This document shows positions 1 through 7,522 of a DNA stretch of 64,000 bases, piece after piece (the first letter of the stretch is position 1; every line of letters starts with the position of its first letter). Position numbers and translations under genes: made by a program. Location of the stretch: assembly GCA_934757825.1 (NCBI GenBank), contig CAKVLP010000001.1, positions 93,834 to 157,833 of the forward strand, written 5' to 3'. Under the pieces are notes generated by a model. That model worked only from the letters and a program-made list of their open reading frames with translations, ran no database searches and had not been told where the DNA came from. This DNA is from an uncultured Clostridia bacterium (GTDB taxonomy: Bacteria > Bacillota > Clostridia > Christensenellales > UBA1242).

Positions 1-201
1 CTTAATGCCGTCGGAAATAGGAATATACAAACACACATAAAGCGCCACAAATCCTAACGTAATGTAAATTTTGTATGGTAAATTGGACGTGATAATAACA
101 GCACATATCGCAATACCAATAAGCGCAACTATCAAGTCTCCAATCGTAAAATTGTTGTAAATTTCGGTCTTAACCCTACTTTTTCTAGGAATATATCGCA
201 T
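1..201 (-). CDS. PrgI/VirB3-like small T4SS membrane protein, N-terminal 67 codons only (gene runs off the left edge)
   Basis: Absent from the ORF track because it is open at the window edge. Reverse-strand ATG at 199-201 is preceded by GGAG. Translation: MRYIPRKSRVKTEIYNNFTIGDLIVALIGIAICAVIITSNLPYKIYITLGFVALYVCLYIPISDGIK. A short basic N-terminus, a K-T-x-I-x-x-N-F-T stretch and two hydrophobic helices match Gram-positive PrgI/VirB3-type proteins that normally precede VirB4. Confidence 0.4.
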   Translation of the reverse strand, partial: MRYIPRKSRVKTEIYNNFTIGDLIVALIGIAICAVIITSNLPYKIYITLGFVALYVCLYIPISDGIK

Positions 202-502
202 TTGTCTACTCCCTTTTTATGTTACTATCTTTTTGCCATAAAAGTGATGGCACATAACTTTACATAATATTATATACTATTTAATAAAACTTAACAAATT
301 ATTAAAAGCAAATTTTTACAAAATCCTCGCAATCCACACTCCGCACTCACAAGTTATTTACAATAAAATGCCCTACACATAATATGCGGTCTATTAAGCA
401 CTACATAGAATACACAGCACATTACACAAAAACATATAAAACGTCGCCCACTGCATAGAATTTTAATATCACAAAACATAACCCCTTTAAACATCACAAA
501 AC

Positions 503-553
503 ACAAAAAAACACTGGGAAATCCCAGTGTTTTTAATATTTTGCATAGTACTA
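503..553. repeat. Composite terminator-like repeat, copy C (hairpin + TTGCATAGTAC)
   Basis: A-run, hairpin ACACTGGG-AAAT-CCCAGTGT (511-530), T-run, then TTGCATAGTAC at 541-551. Sits immediately downstream of the 912-aa minus-strand gene and has bidirectional terminator geometry. Confidence 0.6.
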
Positions 554-3289
554 TTTTTTCTTCTTGAATTCTTTTAACAAGTCTTGCATAGTCTTAGCCA
601 TTTCTTTTTGAGTTCTAGTAGCATTGGCTTCTTCTGTTTTTCTTTCCAACTCTTTAATAGCATTAACAAATTGTTTACTATCAACTTCAAGAGGTTTACC
701 ATCAGTCCCTCTAATTGTAACGCCTTTGGTAAGTGCTTCTTCCATAGCCTTTCTGAAATCTTCATCAGACTTACCGCTACCACTAGCCATTTTTTCAGAA
801 AACTCAGACACAGCAGAGTTTACACCCTTATTATCATTAGCATTCTCAATTTTTGTATGAGCATCTTTCTCTTCATTGTCAACTCTTAATGTATCTGCAT
901 GTAAATTATTCATAGCCCTCTTTGTTTCATCTGCCCTCATCGCGCCAAACAATTTAGACAAAAACTCGGTTTGGTCAGCATGCTCAGTCATAAACGCTAC
1001 ACCATTTCCAGCGGCTGCCGCCGTCTTATATTCTTGGATAAATTTATAAACTTCGGAATTTTTATCCTCATTTGTTGTAAGCATCCTTTCAACTGTATCA
1101 AAGGCACTCGCGTTACCAACAGCACTAGCCGTAGCAACAGCAGAGCCAAACCCCCGCTTGTATCGATTGTATCCCGAACCAGCTATTGCGCCCTGAGAAT
1201 CTTCTGCCGATCGTACAGTATCTTGTATTTCTGATGTAACCTGCGACCTTCTTGCATTAGCCTGATCTTCTACTGTTTTGTGTGCGTCTAATCTAGCACG
1301 GCTATCTGATGCAGCAGATTCATTGGATGAACCATCCCAATAATCGCCAGAAGTGAAACTACTATATCCAGCATTGAATCCTTTGTAGGAACCCTTGAAA
1401 CCTTTTCCAAAGCCATCCCCACTCTTAGCACCCTTAACACCTCCAACGATACCAGATATAAGAGAAGGTATTTGCATAGCAATTTCACTCAAACCACCAG
1501 TAGCGACTGCAAAACCAGCCCTATTCTTTCTGTTTTCATAGTTTTGTGCTTGTTTCTTGGTGTATTTACCTGCTTGTTCTTTTACGTTACCAGTCATATC
1601 TTTCATGGTATCTTCATCCATACTCTTGAATGCTTTACCACTTAGTACAGAAGTTACACCACCAGTCACATCGCCAAGCATTTTTCCAAAGCCAGAATTA
1701 TCAAATATTCCCTTTGCTCTACCAGCATTGATTTGCCTTTTTGCCTCACGTGTTTCAAGTCTTTCAGTTAATTCTGCTCTTCTTGATTTTATATAGTTCT
1801 CATCGGTTATTTTACCACTCTTAACATCAGCCTCAAATTTAGCAAGGTCATCTTTGGTTTTGGCTGTGGAGAATTTCCCAGCAATTGCTTTTGCACCACT
1901 TACAGCGAATGCACCACCTTTTGCAATTCCGCCAGCCATTTTGCCCATACCCTGAGCCAATTTGCCTACTTCGCCTACTGCGGAAGCACCTTCTTCCATT
2001 GCATTGGCAGCACCAATCATATCGCCTACCATTTTAGCCAAGCCTTTAATTTGCGTAGCACCCACCACAACAAATAATGCTTGCATAAATTTGTTTAATC
2101 CGTAGTTATACCAAATTTCTGGATCCCAAAGATTGATTTGAGTAACAATTCCAGATACTGTAAAGAACAAGTTAAGTGCAACTATTACACCATATGCACC
2201 TAGTACATTTGATATAAAACTGCCTTTCCACTTTTTATAAGCAGCGCCGTCGTCAAGAGGTTGTAATCCAATTGCCGCTGGGGCGAGCACAAATAACGCC
2301 GTACACTTGTACATTCTTACCACCAGCCCCATCGAGGCATTAAATAGCGATTGAAGTACGAGGTACGCACCTATGTATAACACTAGCATATTCATAGAAG
2401 CAAACGAATAGAAGTAAGACACCGCATCCGTATTCATATAGTTAAGACGTAAGCGTTCATCACCAACAACAGAAATGTTTCCGCCAGTATTTCCATATCC
2501 ATCTTGATTAACGCGCATTGCTTCGCTTGTTTTCATTGCCATAAGTTGGTCTATTTTTGCACCTAGAACTTGTCTGGCCTTAGTCTCAGAATTGGCGTTT
2601 GTATACAATTTATCATCAAAGTGTTTAATGTACCACCCTGAGCCTGCGTTTCCTCCCAAACGGGCTCTATTTGAATCCGAGTTGAATAATGCAGCCAGCA
2701 AATTGCCAATGTTTATTTCAGTAATAGCAAACTCGTTTTCTTTGTTATTTGCAATTCTATTTGCGTCCACTGTGGCAGCATTAAATATTGCACCCGACAT
2801 AGAACTTGCACCACCACTAGAAGTAGCATAATCTACGGCTTGAAGTAAGTAATTACTTACCCTTATTCCAAAGAAACATACAACTGGGATAAGTACAAAC
2901 ATTATAAGCGATTTTAGAGCCTTGCCAAGGATACTTTCTTTACTGTTTTTGCTACCCTCGGTGGTATACTCTGTACGCACCATTTGCACAATTGAGCCAA
3001 TTATTACAAGGGCTACTGCAAATACAGAAACAGCGATAAGCGTGTCTACGACAATAGAACTTCTAAATATAGACGTAAGAATATCGCCTTGTGTTTCTAC
3101 TCCATCTACCCATACAGTTTCAAGACCGGCAAGTTTTCTGAAAATCTCTTGAAGGGTGTCAATAACCCAAAACAGCATCGTTCCGATGATATAGAAAAAT
3201 GTCTTAAATAAGTGCATCGCTGTCAAAATGCCTACTGGAACCAAGATTGACCAGAAAGCAATTTGCATAGTTGCTCCGACTATCGCCAT
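551..3289 (-). CDS. Polytopic membrane protein, VirB6/TrbL-like T4SS channel component with a long hydrophilic C-terminal extension
   Basis: 912-aa ORF with AAAGGAG 8 nt upstream of the ATG. The N-terminal ~430 aa carry about 7-8 hydrophobic helices (IAFWSILVPVGILTAMHLF, LIAVSVFAVALVIIGSIV, LIMFVLIPVVCFFGI, VLGAYGVIVALNLFFTVSGIV). The C-terminal ~480 aa are G/A/K-rich and then charged. It lies between the pilin-like genes and the VirB3-like gene. Family assignment rests on architecture and context only. Confidence 0.45.
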   Translation of the reverse strand: MAIVGATMQIAFWSILVPVGILTAMHLFKTFFYIIGTMLFWVIDTLQEIFRKLAGLETVWVDGVETQGDILTSIFRSSIVVDTLIAVSVFAVALVIIGSIVQMVRTEYTTEGSKNSKESILGKALKSLIMFVLIPVVCFFGIRVSNYLLQAVDYATSSGGASSMSGAIFNAATVDANRIANNKENEFAITEINIGNLLAALFNSDSNRARLGGNAGSGWYIKHFDDKLYTNANSETKARQVLGAKIDQLMAMKTSEAMRVNQDGYGNTGGNISVVGDERLRLNYMNTDAVSYFYSFASMNMLVLYIGAYLVLQSLFNASMGLVVRMYKCTALFVLAPAAIGLQPLDDGAAYKKWKGSFISNVLGAYGVIVALNLFFTVSGIVTQINLWDPEIWYNYGLNKFMQALFVVVGATQIKGLAKMVGDMIGAANAMEEGASAVGEVGKLAQGMGKMAGGIAKGGAFAVSGAKAIAGKFSTAKTKDDLAKFEADVKSGKITDENYIKSRRAELTERLETREAKRQINAGRAKGIFDNSGFGKMLGDVTGGVTSVLSGKAFKSMDEDTMKDMTGNVKEQAGKYTKKQAQNYENRKNRAGFAVATGGLSEIAMQIPSLISGIVGGVKGAKSGDGFGKGFKGSYKGFNAGYSSFTSGDYWDGSSNESAASDSRARLDAHKTVEDQANARRSQVTSEIQDTVRSAEDSQGAIAGSGYNRYKRGFGSAVATASAVGNASAFDTVERMLTTNEDKNSEVYKFIQEYKTAAAAGNGVAFMTEHADQTEFLSKLFGAMRADETKRAMNNLHADTLRVDNEEKDAHTKIENANDNKGVNSAVSEFSEKMASGSGKSDEDFRKAMEEALTKGVTIRGTDGKPLEVDSKQFVNAIKELERKTEEANATRTQKEMAKTMQDLLKEFKKKK

Positions 3290-3470
3290 AAACTAAACTC
3301 CTTTTTTCATCCCAACTTAATTACTTAGTATTATTAAACATATTTTATATTATTTTGTCACATTTAGCAACAAAATACAACGAATTGTTTAAAAAGTTGG
3401 GGTCAAGTGGGTCGGAAACGGGCGCAAAGTGGTTTTTGAGGCGGAGGCGGTAGAAAGGTGGTGTTTTTTT

Positions 3471-3499
3471 TTGACAATGAAATGAAAAATAAATATAAT
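3471..3499 (+). promoter_or_regulatory. Sigma-A-type promoter of the coupling-protein gene
   Basis: TTGACA (3471-3476), 17-nt spacer, TATAAT (3494-3499), about 32 nt upstream of the RBS-led ATG at 3532. Confidence 0.55.
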
Positions 3500-3531
3500 G
3501 TAGTAAAACACAATATATTTAGGGGAGAAAA

Positions 3532-5601
3532 ATGGACGAAGATAAGAAAAAGAAAGGGTTTGCCGAAAAACTGCTGGTCGGCGCCATTAAATTTATGCTG
3601 GTACTGGGGGCGTTTTTCCTAGTGTCGGTGTTGGCGGTGAGTTATATTGAAAACCAAAAGTTGTCGTTTGACATAAACTCGATAACAAGCCAATATTTCC
3701 TATACATTTTTGGTGGGTTGACGCTGGTGTTTTTGCTAATCAAGTTGTCGGCGGCGACCAAGCCTAAGACGGAAAGTAGCGGAGCAAAGAGCGTGCAAAA
3801 GGGCAAAGTGAAGAAGTTTTACGACACCAACTGGCTTACTGAAAAGGAACTTGTGAGCAACCCTACCTACAAGTATTGCGATTACAGCAACCTTAAAAAT
3901 TCGCAAAACATAGGTATTCCAATAAGGGCTGAATATAAGGGCGGAAAACTTCACATAAATATGTATCAAAACATTCACACGCTGGTAATTGGTACTACTG
4001 GTTCTGGTAAAACGACGCAGTTTGTAGATCCAGTTATGCAGATACTTAGCGAAAGCGGAAAACATCCTTGTTTTGTAGTGAGCGACCCTAAGGGCGAGAT
4101 TTACACAAACCACAGCCAAAAACTAAGGCGACTTGGATACAACGTGCTGGTGTTTGACTTGCGTGAGCCGTTTAAGAGCACGTGCTGGAACCCTATGACG
4201 CGTGCATACGACCTTAACCAAGAGGCCATAAACCTACACAAACACGTGATTGTGCATCACAATGAGGACCCAAGGAAAACCAACCTAAAACTTGCGAGCA
4301 CCACATATTACAGTGAGTGGTACGAGTTTAAGGGGTTTGCATTCGGGGTGCGTGCCGAACTTGAAAGTTATATGAACGGGTTAAAACAAAACCTTAAAAA
4401 CGAGGCCTTTGAGGATCTTAGAGACATCGCAACCACCCTATGCCCTATCCAAAGCCAACAAGACCCTATATGGGACAGAGGCGCCAAGGATATGGTGCTA
4501 GCGACTATGCTTGCTATGCTAGAAGACAGCGAAAACCCTGCGCTTGGAATGACAAGAGAAAAGTACAATTTCTACAACCTTAGTAAAATTCTTAACATCA
4601 AGGACAACGACCCATACAACCCTATTAAAACACTAACCGATTACTTCAAAGGGCGTGATCCATTATCGCTATCCATTCAACTTGCCAACCAGATTATCTC
4701 CAACAACGAAAAGACCGCAAGCAGTTATATGGGTATCGTAACCGACCGTATGTCGCTATTTAGTGATATGGGCATATGCTACGCGACCAGCGTAAACGAG
4801 ATGGAACTTAAAACATTCTGCGACAAACCTACTGCGCTATTTATTAAAATTCCAGACGAAAAACAAACGCGTTATCCTATTGCCACAATGTTTATATCCC
4901 AACTTTACAAAACGCTTGTTGATATTGCAACAAAGCACGGCGGAACTCTGCCAAAAGACGTTTACTTCCTACTAGACGAGTTTGGAAACTTGCCTAAAAT
5001 AGAAGGATTTGACGCTATGATTACCGTAGCAAGATCAAGAAAAATTTGGTTTTTACTTATCCTTCAATCGTACGCCCAACTTACCATAAAATACGGTCAA
5101 GAGGTGGCGCGAACGGTTGAGGACAACTGTAACATTCACATTTACATCGCTTCCAACGACCGCGAAACTCAAAAGAAGTTTAGCGAGCGATGCGGAAACA
5201 TTTCGGTTGAGACCGAAAGCACTTCTATCTCCAAAGGCAAAGACCCGGGGAAAGACGGCAAAGACAACAAGACCACAAACGTGTCGGTTCAAGTTGAGTC
5301 GCGTCCGCTTATCTACCCTGAGGAACTTGGCTCTCTAAAAGACGATTTTATCGTTTCTATATTAAAACAACCACCTCTAAAAGCCGTGTTTACACCTGCA
5401 TATATGATTAGAAACTACGACGACCCTAGATACGGCAAACAAAGTGTTGCTAAAATTTACGATATGATCCCTGCTCCACCTGACAATACCCTTCCAAAAA
5501 CTTTTAGAGAACACGAACTTTATTACGACATCAAAAAACGTAATCAAATTATCCTAAAACCTCAATCCTCAAACAACTCTTCTGCCGATTTTGAGTGGTA
5601 G
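3532..5601 (+). CDS. Type IV coupling protein (VirD4/TraG/TraD family ATPase)
   Basis: 689 aa with RBS GGGGAG. Two N-terminal TM helices, Walker A LVIGTTGSGKTTQF, Walker B-like VYFLLDEFGNLPKI, followed by RSRKIWFLLILQSYAQL. This is the typical T4CP layout. Confidence 0.85.
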   Translation: MDEDKKKKGFAEKLLVGAIKFMLVLGAFFLVSVLAVSYIENQKLSFDINSITSQYFLYIFGGLTLVFLLIKLSAATKPKTESSGAKSVQKGKVKKFYDTNWLTEKELVSNPTYKYCDYSNLKNSQNIGIPIRAEYKGGKLHINMYQNIHTLVIGTTGSGKTTQFVDPVMQILSESGKHPCFVVSDPKGEIYTNHSQKLRRLGYNVLVFDLREPFKSTCWNPMTRAYDLNQEAINLHKHVIVHHNEDPRKTNLKLASTTYYSEWYEFKGFAFGVRAELESYMNGLKQNLKNEAFEDLRDIATTLCPIQSQQDPIWDRGAKDMVLATMLAMLEDSENPALGMTREKYNFYNLSKILNIKDNDPYNPIKTLTDYFKGRDPLSLSIQLANQIISNNEKTASSYMGIVTDRMSLFSDMGICYATSVNEMELKTFCDKPTALFIKIPDEKQTRYPIATMFISQLYKTLVDIATKHGGTLPKDVYFLLDEFGNLPKIEGFDAMITVARSRKIWFLLILQSYAQLTIKYGQEVARTVEDNCNIHIYIASNDRETQKKFSERCGNISVETESTSISKGKDPGKDGKDNKTTNVSVQVESRPLIYPEELGSLKDDFIVSILKQPPLKAVFTPAYMIRNYDDPRYGKQSVAKIYDMIPAPPDNTLPKTFREHELYYDIKKRNQIILKPQSSNNSSADFEW

Positions 5602-5651
5602 GATTAAAATAAATAAGGATAAAAAACACAAGAAATAAACCTTATAAAAAA

Positions 5652-5713
5652 AGACAAAAAGCACGGAAATTCCGTGCTTTTTTGATGTTTTGCATAGTAC
5701 CTAAAATTTAGGT
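5652..5713. repeat. Composite terminator-like repeat, copy A
   Basis: A-run, hairpin GCACGG-AAATT-CCGTGC (5661-5677), T-run, TTGCATAGTAC (5690-5700), second small hairpin ACCTAAA/TTTAGGT (5699-5713). Lies between the convergent T4CP and pilin-like genes and is about 90% identical to copy B over ~55 bp. Confidence 0.7.
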
Positions 5714-6171
5714 TATTTCATTAGCGACAACACTGCTCTTATAACCGTACCCGCATTAGGAACACTTCCTTGATTTGGGTTTTGTTTTACGTCGTTGCCC
5801 GATTTGCCGATAACAGTATCTAGCCAATCAACAATTCCTCCGCCATACTTCACGAATAGTTCTAGCAGTACAAGCAGTACCATTACGCAGATAAAACCAA
5901 TTAGGAAGTTGACTATCCTCTTTTTGGCTTCTGCCCTAGCGTCACCTTCGCTCTTTGAGTAGTTTACGCCCAGCCAAATTGCATATATTGTGCCCGCTGC
6001 CCCAATCGCAAATAGGAATGGTAACAATAGTTCGTTAAGCATATTTCTTATGGTGTCTAGGATTCGCGCGATTCGAGTAGTACGATCGGGTGTCTCCTTG
6101 GTATTCGTTTCACCCAAGAATTGTCCTGCCGAGCCTAAGCCCCAGTATATTTTCGATAAAAAGTTTATCAT
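5713..6171 (-). CDS. Pilin-like (VirB2/TrbC-style) helical-hairpin membrane protein, paralog 1
   Basis: 152 aa with RBS GAGGAAG. Core LLPFLFAIGAAGTIYAIWLGVNYSKSEGDARAEAKKRIVNFLIGFICVMVLLVLL is TM1, a short charged loop and TM2. It shares this core pattern with the two downstream paralogs. Confidence 0.5.
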   Translation of the reverse strand: MINFLSKIYWGLGSAGQFLGETNTKETPDRTTRIARILDTIRNMLNELLLPFLFAIGAAGTIYAIWLGVNYSKSEGDARAEAKKRIVNFLIGFICVMVLLVLLELFVKYGGGIVDWLDTVIGKSGNDVKQNPNQGSVPNAGTVIRAVLSLMK

Positions 6172-6194
6172 ATTCTCTTCCTCTTAGTTTAATT

Positions 6195-6560
6195 TTAAGT
6201 GTTGGAACCAGCATTGCCTTGATCTACAATCCAACCAGCAACATTTGCTGCTTGTTTGATAAATATCTTCATTGCAATAAGCACAATCAAGGAAATTACA
6301 ATACCAATAACCGCGTTGATAAGGCGCTTTTTGGCTTCGTCACGCTTATCTGCGCTCTCTGCTTTTGCAAATTGCACACCTAGCACGATTGCATAAACCG
6401 CACCAGCGACGCCAATCAAAATAATTATTGGAATTAGTAGGCTATCTAGAATTGTGACAAGTGGTCCTATAATTTGCGACCACCAAGAGTTATCATATTC
6501 ACCTTTCAATTTTTCGCCAGTATCTAGCAAAAATCTGCTCATAAACGCCAAAAACCTCAT
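6195..6560 (-). CDS. Pilin-like helical-hairpin membrane protein, paralog 2
   Basis: 121 aa with RBS AAGGGGA. Core LIPIIILIGVAGAVYAIVLGVQFAKAESADKRDEAKKRLINAVIGIVISLIVLIAMKIFI. Confidence 0.5.
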   Translation of the reverse strand: MRFLAFMSRFLLDTGEKLKGEYDNSWWSQIIGPLVTILDSLLIPIIILIGVAGAVYAIVLGVQFAKAESADKRDEAKKRLINAVIGIVISLIVLIAMKIFIKQAANVAGWIVDQGNAGSNT

Positions 6561-6620
6561 ATTTTTCCCCTTAAATTCACGCTTTACTTATTTTATAATA
6601 TCATAGCGCGCGCATTTTGA

Positions 6621-6660
6621 CAAACAAAAAAAGTCAATTTGTTTAAAATTGACTTTTTTG
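6621..6660. terminator. Bidirectional rho-independent terminator between pilin paralogs 3 and 2
   Basis: AAGTCAATTT (6631-6640) pairs with AAATTGACTT (6646-6655), flanked by an A-run and a T-run. Confidence 0.6.
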
Positions 6661-6679
6661 TAAATAATTTTTTCTAGAA

Positions 6680-7048
6680 TTAACTTTGAGTTTTACTTGA
6701 ATCTTCAACCCACTTGAAGATTGCAGCCGAATTAGAAATAAACAACTTCATACCAATCAAAGCAACTAGCATAATTACAATACCAATAACCGCATTGATA
6801 AGACGTTTTTTGGCTTCATCACGCTTGTCTGCACTCTCTGCTTTTGCATATTGTACACCTAATACAATTGCGTATACCGAACCAGCAACACCCAACAAGA
6901 TAATAACTGGAATTAGCAAATTATCCAATACTTCCAAAATAGGAATCAATATTTTTTTAATCCATTCTGGCATACTCCCTGTATCCAACGACTTCCAGTC
7001 AGTTGCGCCCACAAATCTATTCATTACACTTAACATAAAGTTCATCAT
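6680..7048 (-). CDS. Pilin-like helical-hairpin membrane protein, paralog 3
   Basis: 122 aa with RBS GGAGGA. Core LIPVIILLGVAGSVYAIVLGVQYAKAESADKRDEAKKRLINAVIGIVIMLVALIGMKLFI is nearly identical to paralog 2, but the N- and C-termini differ. Confidence 0.5.
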   Translation of the reverse strand: MMNFMLSVMNRFVGATDWKSLDTGSMPEWIKKILIPILEVLDNLLIPVIILLGVAGSVYAIVLGVQYAKAESADKRDEAKKRLINAVIGIVIMLVALIGMKLFISNSAAIFKWVEDSSKTQS

Positions 7049-7420
7049 TTTATAATTTCCTCCAAAGAGTTTTATCCATTTTTATGTTATGATAATATCA
7101 CACTTTTTATTTAACTCAAAACGATTTTCATTATTTTTTTAATTTTTAGTGCTATTGTAGGGATTTAATTTTTACACAAAATACAACTAATGCCCTGCAA
7201 TTTTTTGTTGTTTTTTGTGGCGCAGTTGTTTATGATAGCGCCAATACTTTTTACCGCAGTGGTTATGTACTTTCTTTCACTTAATTATCTTAGTTTTCTG
7301 CCGTCTTAAAACCCCTCACAAAAATAATCGCAAGAATTTCCCAAGTTTTAAATTATTGATATTTATAAAATAACAAAGTTTAGTAAAAGATAAAATTATA
7401 TATAATATATATTTATTTAT

Positions 7421-7449
7421 TTGGTGATAAAAAAAAGATGTGGTAGAAT
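7421..7449 (+). promoter_or_regulatory. Putative extended -10 promoter of the giant gene
   Basis: TTGGTG (7421-7426), 17-nt spacer, TG-g-TAGAAT (7441-7449), in a ~470-bp AT-rich divergent intergenic region. Confidence 0.35.
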
Positions 7450-7522
7450 ATGTAAGACAAAATGTTATATTGTCGAAAAATGAAAAATGTATGTAAGTAT
7501 GAACAAATGGGAGAATGTTAAT

